Source: Octopus vulgaris (Eukaryota). From it: 64,000 nucleotides of DNA. Position 1 is the first letter of the stretch; the number at the start of each line of letters is the position of its first letter. The notes beneath the pieces were generated by a model. That model searched no databases, was not told the origin of the DNA, and worked only from the letters and a program-made list of their open reading frames with translations. Both the position numbers and the translations under genes were made by a program. Of the stretch, positions 1 through 11,199 are shown piece by piece. The stretch is from NCBI GenBank assembly GCA_951406725.2, contig OX597830.1:22196001-22260000 (forward strand), written 5' to 3'.

Positions 1-614
1 TATCCAGTTATATGCTGTTCATGTCTGAAGGACTAGAGGGAATTTTACCTTATTTGGAAACAGGTGAAGGTTGGTGACATTAAGGGGCATCAAGCAGTAG
101 AAAATCTACCTCAATGAATTCTGCCTAGCCCATGAAAAGTGGACATCAAAGCAATGATGATGATACACATGATGTACTAGATTTAATTGCTTGGTCCTTT
201 CAGATGCAAGTAGTAATTCTGTCTTCACATGGCTGACAAGTCCACCACTTTGGATAAAGAGGTTCGTGGCAGCACAACCATATACAACAAAACAATATTC
301 TATTTTCATGTCCTAAATGATAAACATTACATGAGCAATATCACTTTTAATATAAATAAATGAAAATGATGATTGTAGAGATGGAGAAGTAAGAGATAAC
401 AATGAGAATAATTTATAGCAAAATTCTTTTAATTCTATTATGAAGAAATTAAAAAATATAGTATAGGATGTCAAGATGATGGTGATGTTGAGTAAAATGT
501 AACAAAAATAAATGCACATCAGAAAATAAATGTAGTGCATATTCATCAGAAGTTTTGTATTTATGAAAATGTGCATGGAACTTAATGGAATAACTGAGGA
601 AAAATTATTGGCAG

Positions 615-1170
615 TACAAGAGTGGGCTGAAAAGTTCATAGGCTGACTATGAAAGAGTGATGCTAGGTGTGAAATCTTGCATACATCCACTTCAACTCTT
701 AGTAATAGCTGCATTGTTCCTTTCCAGGTAAAACTGACATCTGACTGTTCAAAGAAGACTTCAAAGTAACTTGTAGCAACTTCTCTTGGACAAAATTTGG
801 CATCGTGGTGTTACAATGCTCCAGCATACAAATCGTTAGTTTCAATGGCTACAATAGATGACTGTGGCTTTGAACTGGTTGAACACCCTCCCTATTCTCC
901 TCATATGGTCCCATCTGATTTTCATCTGTTCTCTAATATGAAAAACACTTGGTTAGGAACCAGTATTACAGTGATAATGACATATTTGTTGTTAATGATC
1001 TTTTGAACAGCAGGATGAAAGCTTCTTCATGAATGGGATCCAAGCACTGCAATACTAATAGAAGAAAGGTGTGGCCCACAAGAAGTGCTATGTCTAAAAA
1101 TAAACCTCATTTGATCACATCTCATGAGAGTATCTTGATCAGTCTATGAACGTTTTAGCCAACCCTCATA
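615..1170 (+). mobile_element. Internally deleted mariner (Tc1/mariner) element
   Basis: Imperfect terminal inverted repeats TACAAGAGTGGGCTGAAAAGTTCATAGGCTGA (615) and TCAGTCTATGAACGTTTTAGCCAACCCTCATA (ends 1170), with TA ends. Internal ORF 797-1006 carries the degenerate mariner motifs NAPAY and HPPYSPHMVPSDFHLF (cf. HDNAPAH...HPPYSPDLAPSDFHLF). Confidence 0.85.
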
Positions 1171-1527
1171 TTTCAAATAAAAAAAAATGAGCATTAAAAG
1201 ATGATTTAGGTGTGTGCATATATTCATAGGATTAAAAAATTTTTTCATGAAGGCATAGCACAACACCCAGTGGCTAGGGTAGTGGGCTTATTACTTAATA
1301 GAGTATCAGTCCATGTGAAAACATTGATTCTTGAATGACATGTGTGGATGTTAGACAGCTCTTCTCAGATGTTTATGCCTTTATAGAAATTATAAGAGTA
1401 AGAGAGATCAAAAGAGTACAGCACCTATGTAATACATACTGGCTGTTAAAAAAATTTTTTTTTTAATTTTGAAAAAAGGCTTTTATAATGCTAAGTAGGC
1501 TGTAAGGGGTCTGGCCAAGTAAATCTA

Positions 1528-2349
1528 TTACCAATAATACCTGGTATTGTTTTTTGGGCTGAAGGAACAAGGTTGGACGCAGTGGCGAGCATTGCTACCA
1601 AACTTCCTGTGATACCAGCATTTCCAGTCAACAGATTTGGACAAACTGGAGCTACAAGAAGATTCACTACTGCTTCTATACTTTACTCTGTCTATCTCCA
1701 ATGGTTGGATTTGTATTGGAAGTGCTTCCTTTTGCAAATCCTCTTTTTCAGGCTTTGAGTTATATGGTGAAAGACAGCTTGTGGCAGGCAACTTGGTTGC
1801 CACTTTAGTCACAGTTGACGCTGAGGAAGTGATTTCTTCAATGCGATCAGCTACTTCAGCGAGTTTCTCAACAGACTGTTGATTTTTAAAAACTACTAAT
1901 ATCATTTTAGTTTTGGCAGGAAGTTTTGCAAAAAAAAGCTCTTTAAAAAATTCTTTGCTCATGGTGTTGTCAGCTAGTAGGTACCGCATATGATGGAGAA
2001 GCTGGGAAGGTTTTTGGTCTTCAAGTTTCTCCCCAAAAAGAAGCTGGTTAAAGCGCTCCTCCTGAGAAATAGAGGTGCGTTTAATTAGCTCCTCCTTTAA
2101 TGTAGCGTAACTCACAGAATTCGGAGGTGCAACAAGAAGATCACGTACTTTCTGAATTACATTATATGGGAGTGAAGAAACAATATATGCAAAGCGAGTA
2201 GCCTCACATGTAATACCGTTTATCAGGAACAGTGCCTCTACCTGGACAAACCAGAGATCAGGGTAATTGGTGAAGAAAGGAGGAATGGTCAAGCTACTGA
2301 TAGAGCGAGTGTAAGGAATTTCAGCTGTAGGCATTGGAATTTCAAAATC
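1528..2349 (-). CDS. Exon 2 of a candidate domesticated Ty3/gypsy Gag (capsid-like) gene
   Basis: Uninterrupted 273-codon frame with gypsy Gag motifs PPFF..PDLWFVQVEALF, TRFAYIVSSLP, LKEELIKRT, LEDQKPSQLL..MR.LL and LAEVADRI, plus a C-terminal CWYHRKFG...HC..PC Cys/His knuckle. Preceded on the - strand by a pyrimidine tract and acceptor (ttcatttatttgtcctttcag|GAT). Ends TAA TAG; no pol follows. Confidence 0.8.
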   Translation of the reverse strand, partial: DFEIPMPTAEIPYTRSISSLTIPPFFTNYPDLWFVQVEALFLINGITCEATRFAYIVSSLPYNVIQKVRDLLVAPPNSVSYATLKEELIKRTSISQEERFNQLLFGEKLEDQKPSQLLHHMRYLLADNTMSKEFFKELFFAKLPAKTKMILVVFKNQQSVEKLAEVADRIEEITSSASTVTKVATKLPATSCLSPYNSKPEKEDLQKEALPIQIQPLEIDRVKYRSSSESSCSSSLSKSVDWKCWYHRKFGSNARHCVQPCSFSPKNNTRYYW

Positions 2350-2567
2350 CTGAAAGGACAAATAAATGAAGATGATGGTTGCAGAGGTAGACTAGAGATA
2401 AAAATGAGAGTAATTCATATATCAAAAGGTTTGTAATTCTTACAAAAAAATTGTTAATTTCAACAAATCGAAACAGTACAAGAAATTTGAAATTACATCA
2501 TGACATTAAAAAATTACAGAACAAAGTAAAGAAAACAAATGCATACATGAAATGATGTTATGAAGCT

Positions 2568-2956
2568 ATTACTCTTTTACTTGTTTTAGTCATTTGACTG
2601 TGGCCATGCTGGAGCACCACTTTTAATCGAGCAACTCGACCCCGGGACTTATTCTTTTGTAAGCCCAGTACTTATTCTATCAGTTTCTTTTGCCGAACCG
2701 CTAAGTAATGGGGACATAAACACACCAGCATCGGTTGTCAAGCAATGCTAGGGGGACAAACACAGACACACACGCATATATATATATATATATATACATA
2801 TATACAACGGGCTTCTTTCAGTTTCCGTCTACCAAATCCACTCACAAGGCTTTGGTCAGCCCGAGGACACTTGCCCAAGGTGCCACGCAGTGGGACTGAA
2901 CCCGGAACTATGTGGTTGGTAAGCAAGCTACTTATCACACAGCCACTCCTGCGCCT
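2568..2956 (-). mobile_element. tRNA-headed SINE / composite SINE
   Basis: On the - strand it begins GGCGCAGGAGTGGCTGTG...GGTTCAGTCCC (A/B-box-like) and has an internal TA/CA microsatellite. A near-identical copy lies at about 52545-52905. Confidence 0.7.
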
Positions 2957-3804
2957 ATATATAAATTTCATTTTAGAAGACTGTTGTAATCCAACATTGG
3001 ACTGTATAATGTCCACTCCAGTATAGCAGTATAGTTAGACAAGTAAAAACATGACTATTTTTGACTGACTTCTTGATGACTCGGTTTCTTACACAGTATT
3101 TGTAATGACAAGCACATACCACTCATCACATGGGAAGGGTGTTCCATTATTAGTGTCATCCTCGTAACAAAGACAAGGTAAAGTTAACAGAAAATAACTA
3201 TCACAAAATAACTATCACAAAAGGTTCATATTCAGCAGAATGTCCATATTTATAAAAATGGTTACGAGGAAACTAATATGAGGAATTCTAGACAATATTT
3301 CAAACCACAATTGAAATGAGTATAAAATGATTTGTATGATTTACAATGTGTGTCCATATGTCTCTATATGACAGTGCTGAATCTGAGTTATTTAGGCTCC
3401 TGTAGATAGTACAATGGACATTTGTTGACAAAATTGGATAATATATATCCTGATAGGGATGTATGCAAGAGAAGTCAAACATAGCACAGCATATGTGAAA
3501 CACTTATTGTCAGTGAAAAACAACAGCTTTTATAATGCTCAACAGACTGTGGTGATGTCTTTAAGAATGATTTATATATTAAGAAACTTGCTTTGCAACT
3601 ACATGGTTTTGGGCTCCAAGTGTCTTCTACTATAGCCCTAGGCTGATCAATGCCTTGTGAGTGAATTTGGTAGACAGAAACTGAAAGAAGCCTGTCCAGT
3701 GGCTTGGGGAGTGCAAGTCCAGGTTAAAACTTTTTATAAACAAGGTGGATTTTTCCAATTTTAATATCAAAAACACACACACACACACAAGGAAAAAGCA
3801 GGAC

Positions 3805-4820
3805 GAACAGCTCATTCTGCTTTTAAATGCCACCTTATCATTTGGGATGAATGCACCATGTCACATAGAGGGGCAATGGAAGCTCCTGGTAAAACCTTAC
3901 AGAACACCAGAGGCAACAATAAACCTATGGGAGGAGTTACATTAGTTTTATCAGGAGACTTCAGACAGATGTTACCAGTCATTCTGAGATGAACAAGATC
4001 TGATGAAATAAAAGCATGCATTGAGTCTTCACACCTATGGAATAAAGTACTGAAATTCTCCTTCAATACTAATGTGCAAAACAGCTTTCAACCTGGTTCC
4101 TCCAATTAGGAAATGTGAAAGTACCATTTGATGGGAATGGTGATATCAGTTTGCTATCATGGTGAATTCCCCAGCTGAATTGAAGAACAGAGTATTTGCA
4201 GACTTAAGTAACAATCAAAATTCACATAAATGGCTGTGTGCCGGCAATTTTTGCTCCAAAATATGAGACAGTAGCAAGGATTAACCATGAATTTATAAGA
4301 TTCCAACTGTCATTAAGAAGTACAAATCCATTGATTCGGTCCTTGATGAAAATCAAGCTGTCCATTACTCAACAGAGTTACTTAATTCACTTGAGCCACC
4401 TGGAACTCCTCCACATTAACTTTTTCTGAAGGTAGGAGTCCCAATATTGCTTCTAAGAAATTTAGATCCTCCTAAATTATGCAATGGGACAAGGTTAATT
4501 GTGAAGACATTATCACCTAATGCGACAGAAGCTACCATCATCAATGGATGTACCTCTGGGGAAGAGGCTTTCTTTCCAAGAATTCCAATCAAACCAACAG
4601 ACATGCCATTTGAGTTCAAATGAACACAATTCCCAGTGTGACTTTGCTTTGCAATGTCTATTAATAAAGCTTAAGGTCACTCTTTGAAATCTACTGGCTT
4701 GTTTTTCTCATGGTCACCTTAATGTTGGTTGCTCCAGGGTAGGTAGTTTGCAAGAATTATTTGCCAACACTCCAAACCAGAAAACAAAGAATGTTGTTTA
4801 CCCAAAAGCCCATACATAAT
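3805..4820 (+). mobile_element. Decayed Helitron PIF1-helicase remnant
   Basis: Fragmented translation gives [65 protein letters not shown] and FAMSINKA*GHSL, the Helitron RepHel helicase C-terminal motifs, interrupted by stops. Confidence 0.85.
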
Positions 4821-5643
4821 TTCCTTCAACATATGTGGTAGAATTTATCTCCTTTTATAAAAGTGGTAAATTTAGTATTTTCGTTTATTATTATTATTTT
4901 GCATTATGAATTCAGATTTAATTTCCCAATTAAAGAATAAATTGAATTTAGAATAACAAATTCCTATACAACATATTTTGCTATTTTTCTAGTATATCTA
5001 TAATAAATGCCAAAACGAATTTCTTTGACCCCACACCCTCTCTCGATATTCAATGACACTTCTCTGCTTGCTGGGGTGAGAGTAATAGTAGGCATAGAGA
5101 CGGTGAAGGCAGTAGTAGATTGACAGCTGAGATGGTAATGGGGTGATAGTAATAGTATGAGCTGTAGTTGTGATAGAGGCAGAGGCGATGGTGATGATGG
5201 TGGTAGCTGAGGCGGTCAAGCATGACGGTGAGAGTGAGGAATGTGAAAGACAGTGGTGATGGTGGTGTGGGAGGAAGGTGACGAAGTCAAAAGTACTGAT
5301 GCTGGTGGCGTCAGAAGTCTGAATGGTGTGTGGATGGCAGTTGTGGTGATGGTGATGGTTGAAAACAATCAACAGAAAGAGGTTAGACAGAAAAAAATTG
5401 TACTGAGCCCCGAATGGGAAGACAAAAAATGTTTATCATGAAGCTTTGCAATAAGTTCCAAGTCAATATATATCACCGTTTTGATGAAAATTGTTCATTG
5501 CTTGAAAAATATTGGTCAAGTTTAATAAAATTTGATATGTAGTCAATGCATGAAATGTCATTATTGGGCTCAAGGTCCAATGAAGAGTCCTCCACAGGGG
5601 CTAGCTTAAAAGCCACCCAATAGGGTCACTTTTAAGCTGTTTT

Positions 5644-5681
<38 letters not shown>

Positions 5682-5849
5682 TAGATAGATATAAATATTC
5701 ATCATCATCATCACTACCATTATTTAGCATCCAGTTTCTATGTTGGCATGGGTTACACTGTTTGACTGGAACTGGTAAACTGGAGAGCTGTACCTGGTTC
5801 CAGTCTGATGTATATATATATACACACATATTTGGCAATGGTATGAAAG

Positions 5850-7265
5850 ATTGTGGTCAGTGGTACCATTAGGAATTCTTTTAATGATAGTACTGCACCC
5901 ATGCTGTAGCACTGCCTTAATTTATTTTCTACTATTTTGACTGGAAGATGGTCTATGATTGAGTTTTCTAGCAGGTGAACTCCCAAGTGCATCCGTGAAT
6001 GGTTGACTAGTACGGTATTGTCATTTATTGAGTTTATGCAATGATTTTTTTTTTTATGTTTCATTAGAAGTCCCTTTCATGTAGCTGATTAATATAGATA
6101 GGTAGTTGAACAGTTGAGAACCTCTAAGTATGAGACTAGTACAATATAGTACTTTTGCTCATGATTTTGAGGGTAGTGTATGTGGAAGCTGACAGTATAT
6201 AAGAGTTTATGCATTAAAATTCCCTCCAATGCCAAAGTTTGGAGCATGCCCCTCCACAATTTTCCATAAGTATGTAATAGTAGAGATGTAGCAATTAGAG
6301 ACATTCTGAGTAAATAAGGCTTTTAACCGAAGGTATTTTACTGGTGAACGTTCCTTGTTACCCTTCAATTTCTTCTGAGACCAGAGGAGTTAGGAGATTA
6401 AAACTGTAAGCACTAATCTAATCTGCTCAGAATTAGGGTTTTCCATACTGTTAATCTAACTACTGGTTGTCATGAAAGTTCATAGGAGCCGACCTATGAG
6501 TCGGCTGCATTTAAAGGTTAGTTTGATAATATGGCTGATGAAAAATGCATCATTTGACATGATTATTCCTAAGTCCTGTATGTCATTAGTGGTCTGAATC
6601 ATTATGCTACCTTATGTCAAATATTGCGATTTGGGTGTATTCCCTCAGCAATGGAGAAGATGTAATTTTGATGAAGTAAATTTCAAGCCATTCATATTTT
6701 TGCTTTCAGCATAATTCATTGCCTGATGTGTATGACTTATTACAGGTAACTGAGCAGAGAGAAAACCATTTGCAGCAACAGGTTGGCCTCCTACCATATA
6801 GGGAGTTAAAGAGCCATTCTCCAACTTTTCCTGTGATACCAAGATTTAACTTATGACAGATGATTCCATGATCCATCTTCTCAAACGACTTAACAAAATC
6901 AAAGTATTAACAGTCAGTGCTCTTTCCCCTCAAGAGATTATTGAGGGTAGTGTCATGATGCTGTAATAGTTGTGACAGGCAACTTCGTTCAGTCCAAAAC
7001 CCATGCCGTGTGTCATTTAAGCTGTTTTCTTCCAAGTGGGTTATTATTTTTTTTTCTTCAGACATGGTGTTTGATAATTTTAGATGTGAGGGAAACAGGT
7101 CTGTAAGACAAGGAAAATTAAAGACCCCTGTCAAAAGAACATTGGCCCATGTCCTGGCCTCAGCTAGGGTTAGACTTATGAGCGACAAAGCATCTCTGAA
7201 GTAATCTCTGTGGTTAATTGTGTCAGGAGGACGGTATGCAATGCTTATATTTTTTCCTTTCATAT
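5850..7265 (-). mobile_element. Highly decayed non-LTR retrotransposon (CR1/jockey-like) fragments
   Basis: ORF 6907-7293 contains YRPPD and LLTGVFNFP (AP endonuclease-like) and HGF...RSCLSQLL (RT-like). Boundaries are approximate. Confidence 0.55.
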
Positions 7266-7360
7266 AGATTAGTCTGAAATTCTTCATCATCATTTAACAT
7301 CCGTTTTCCTTCTTGTTGGAACTTTGCATATTAGGTAATTTCAGTGAGGAAAAAAAAATT

Positions 7361-8345
7361 AGCGGAGTTTCTGATCATGACGTCCACATGTTGGATTTTT
7401 TCCGTTTTGACGGCATTTTTCCAGTTCTTTTCCTTTACGACGGGATTTGAAATGCTGGGAGAACATCTTTGACTGTTATTTCTAGTACATACACGACTAC
7501 CTTACCCGTTTCCTTTGTCATGTATTGCTGTTTTTGTGGAGGACCCCTTCCTCCATAGTTTTTCAACGAGGAAGGTGGGGTCGTGGAATGTGCTAGAAAC
7601 AACAGCCAAATTTCTTTTAAAACAACACCTTTTGTCTGAAAATATTTTCAATTTTTTTTTAACGAAAAGGCTTCTCCCAAGCTTGTTAAGTGCCAAAATC
7701 AGTCTAGAGTGAGGCGGTGAAAAGAAATCACAAATTTTCAAAAACTTTTTTGGCGGCTCGAAGCACGCGCTAAAACCCCTCATAACTTTTTATATTTTTG
7801 CGTATTTTCACAAAATCTTTTCGATTCTGTCTTCTGCACAAAATGGAATTAATATGATCGTGCAATAAATTTTTTTTTTTCCAATATTTTAACCCCCTCC
7901 AACATTTTTCAGTAATGACCTCTTCCAGTGTTTCTGCTTTTCGATCAAGAACAAGTTGCAGGTAACCCTTCTTTACAGGGTTGTCATATATTCCAAGTAT
8001 CCAAAACTTCATCACAACTCTTCCAACGTCAACTTAGACTATATGTTTCAGGCCATCTAATTTCTTTTTTGCCTTTTGGGTACATATTTCTCTGCAATAC
8101 TCGATAACAAACACATTTTTTTATTCTGCTTGAAGTTTTCCTTAAAAAAAAAAGTGAAGAAAACAATCTACTTGCAGTGTATTAAATAATTCCACTCTCG
8201 ATGAAAACATATCCGAACTCTGCCCCCCCCCCTTTTTTTTTTCGTAAGAAAAAGATGTACCTCCATCATTTTCCAATTGGAAAAAAATCCCCGTCAAAAC
8301 GGAGAAAATCCAACTTATGTCTGCGTCCTGATCCCAAACTCGGCC
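7361..8345 (-). mobile_element. Non-autonomous DNA transposon, Merlin/IS1595-like remnant
   Basis: Imperfect terminal inverted repeats around TTGGATTTTTTCCGTTTTGACGG (7391) and CCGTCAAAACGGAGAAAATCCAA (about 8291). The internal - strand fragment FWILGIYD...GYLQLVLDRKAETLEEVI resembles the Merlin WVFG...V.DR.A.TL..I motif. Confidence 0.55.
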
Positions 8346-8772
8346 AAAATCTTTAGGATGCCATTTTGTGTGTGCGTGTGTGTGCGCGCGCTATCAACTA
8401 ATCTGACCTCCGGACATGTCGCAAAGAACATTTTACTTAGAAAACGGAGGCGGTGGGGTGGCTATAAATTTACCAAATAACAACAGCGAGAAAAAGAAAG
8501 AAAACCCTAAAATTTCCGTTTTATTTGTGACAACTATACCGAAAGTTCGCCCAATACTCATTATCCGGAGTTTCCAAACGAATTTCTTTGAAAATTATAA
8601 ATTTGAAATCAGTCATGCTGAAAGGGCCAAGATTTGACTGCTATATTTAACTGGTCGAGTGACCATGTTAGAGTTTCCATCGTATAAGCTTGTCAGAGCA
8701 AAATCTCTCTCTTCGCTATCAGCTTGTCTATGCCACCTTTTAACACACAAACATAAAAATGACCATAAATAC

Positions 8773-8913
8773 CTGCTTGCTGATAGAAGTTATTACCCCT
8801 CGTGTCTCACTTTCCCTCTGTTCTTTCTCATCATCAACTTCCTTCTGTTCTTTCACATCATCAATTTCCTTCTGTTCTTTCTCATCGCCAACTTCCTTCA
8901 GTAAAGTAGCCAT
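8773..8913 (-). CDS. Putative first coding exon of the Gag-derived gene (47 aa, acidic 9-aa repeats)
   Basis: ataATGG start in strong Kozak context. Translates MATLLKEVGDEKEQKEIDDVKEQKEVDDEKEQRESETRGVITSISKQ and ends at CAG|GTATTT. This phase-0 donor matches the phase-0 acceptor at 2349. The join is inferred, not demonstrated. Confidence 0.65.
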
Positions 8914-9115
8914 TATATATAAATATATATGTATATATGCACAAATATATATGTGTGATGCTTCTGTGTGTTTGTTTCAGAAATCCTAATCGTGTAAACG
9001 TTGCGATTTAGCGTGGACACTGTTACCCGCCTTGAGTTTCTTGTTTACCGTTTTCTTGCATTACCAGGTGTCGCTTGCGCTCGTATGTATGGCAGAACAC
9101 GTTTTGTGCAAGTTA

Positions 9116-9510
9116 TCTTTATATATAAAAGTGAAGTTGTGTGAGTGTCTGTCTCCTACGATTTAGATTCCTAACTACTCCCACATTTTGCGGTGCAGTT
9201 TAACCAAAACCGGGTATCTTGTAGTCGTGATTCATATTGAGCCCTTCTGGGTATTAGCGCGCGTCTACGATGAGTCTACGATTAAAAAAAAAAATTACCA
9301 TCAATTTTTCCCATTTTTAATGCATTTTTGGCATATATAAGGGAAGTAACTCTCTAAAAATTTATTAAATCTCAGAACGTAAAAATCTACAGTAACACCT
9401 CCCCCTTTGTGGTTAGCCATATTGAGATGGCTATTATACTTTACATCTCTAAAAATGCTTATATAGTTATTTCCCTTACAAGCCCGAGCAACGCCGGGCG
9501 ATACTGCTAG
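9116..9510 (+). mobile_element. Non-autonomous Helitron
   Basis: Starts TC (a|TCTTTATATATAAAA) and ends with the GC hairpin GCCCGAGCAACGCCGGGC followed by CTAG|t. Inserted between A and T with no TSD. Confidence 0.8.
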
Positions 9511-10439
9511 TAGTATCATATATCTGAACAAAAAAAATGACAGCAAATCTACGTGATAGTGGTGTCAGACGTGGCATGCAGGCCATCATATAACTTTTTA
9601 AACATGTATTTTATGTGATGTCTCAATGGCGCACCTTTCCTGCTCCTTTTTTTATGGTCTTGGTGCCAGGAAACTATCTTTGAACCCAATAATGTAGAAT
9701 TTAAATGTCTAATAATTTTATTCAAGTTACATAATAAATTGTTTAATCTTTTTCTGTTTTAAGAACGCTAAATTTGACAAAAGTGTCAGTGTGACGAATC
9801 CAACAAGGGTTGACAGATTTAACAGTTGAACTGAAATTTTTCAATTTATGAACAATATCCTCAGTTGTGCAGGACGACAAACGGATAACACCAGATGAAT
9901 TTTTAGTTAGCATACCATTAATACCTACTGCAATCTTAATGAATTTATGGACGGGCAAAGAATTGAGAATATTACACGTATCTTGAGTTAACGTGTCAAT
10001 TGTGGAACACTGCCTTGTAGTTATTAAAATTATTGCACCACGAGTCGCCCATAAAAACACAGGTCTATGAAAATTCGTCTGCTATTTTCGGAGAATTCTG
10101 TGAAACCGAAGTGATTCTCTTAAAAAGGCAGAAACTACAGGATCAGTTGTAAGTGCTGGTTGCCAAATATCTTGTCAGGATAGTAAGTGGAGCGCATATG
10201 GGTTTACAAAGGTATAAAAATCGTGAAATATAAACAAAGGAATCACTGCAGATGTGTATCCATTCCCCGACTTTGTTGCCTCGTAACTTACAGAAAAATG
10301 GATATTTTTTAATGAAATTTTCAATAAATACCGCTTAGATGCTATAGATTCCGAATATATAGAGATTTGTTGAAAGAATTTTTGCGAGGGGTTGGGGAAA
10401 GGAGTTTCGGAAAATTAACATGAATTTAGTTTATCAGGT

Positions 10440-10905
10440 TATTCAGGAAGGCGTAGTCCCTAATGTCTTGCGTAGCAGCATCATAGTCAGTTGCTACAAG
10501 GGCAAAGGAGAGCCTTAGATAAAAGTAATTATAGCGACATCAAATTGCTGGACCAGATCATGAAAGTTGCAGAGGGAGTTATGACCCAATTAAGTAGGAA
10601 CAGAATTAGACTAGATGAAATGTGATTTCAGCTTTGTCCCGGGGAGAAGCAGCACAAAGGCTATTTTCATATTTAGGCAACTACAAGAGAAGTATTTAGC
10701 TAAGGACAAGCCATTGTTCTTGGCATTTATTGATCTAGAGAAAGTCTTCAATTGAGTACCTCTCTGTGATATGATGGCCATTGAGGGAGCTAGGAATCAA
10801 CAAACAGATTCTGAAAGCAGTACACGCCATGTACAGGGGTGCTGTTGGAAGGTAAGAGCCATGAGTACAATGATGTATTTAATGTACAGATAGGAGTCCA
10901 CCATC
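10440..10905 (+). mobile_element. Old decayed RTE LINE RT fragment
   Basis: Clear nucleotide similarity to about 57410-57870 of the intact RTE (e.g. ATAGTCAGTTGCTACAAGGGCAAAGG, GAGAAGTATTTAGCTAAGGACAAGCC), with frameshifts. Confidence 0.8.
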
Positions 10906-11199
10906 TCTGAGTAGCTACTACTGTTTCAGCATGAGACAAAGCATCTCCGATGTTTATTCCACCTGGAAAGTGTGGAAGCCCAGTTGAGTTGTAGACATTG
11001 AAGTCAGTAAGGACCTTGATTTCAAAGAGAGGGGAAGTGGAGATGCAGGAAGAAAGATGGTGAAAATTATGTTGGTCGGAAAAAGTAGGAGAACAGTAGG
11101 GAAAGATGTATTTAGAGAGGTGTGTCGGTGGGAGCTGCAAATCATTCTTACTGATCCATTAATCAAATTAGCCATTGCTGCCAACTAGTCAGTAAAAAT

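Noticed and set aside
1330-1527. Possible decayed protease (DTGA-like) downstream of the Gag ORF
   Set aside because: Only a faint GGTGCT-containing resemblance with no open frame; cannot be supported by eye.
2350-2361. TTG start (MSFQ) of the 277-aa ORF in the track
   Set aside because: These bases are the polypyrimidine tract and CAG of a splice acceptor. A spliced start, or the internal ATG about 5 codons later, is more plausible in a eukaryote.
4998-5441. His/Thr-rich and Val-rich ORFs
   Set aside because: Products of GGT/GAT low-complexity sequence; no domain or splice support.
9743-10060. 105-aa - strand ORF upstream of the Gag gene
   Set aside because: No recognisable motif and no convincing splice sites linking it to 8913; possibly a transposon remnant.
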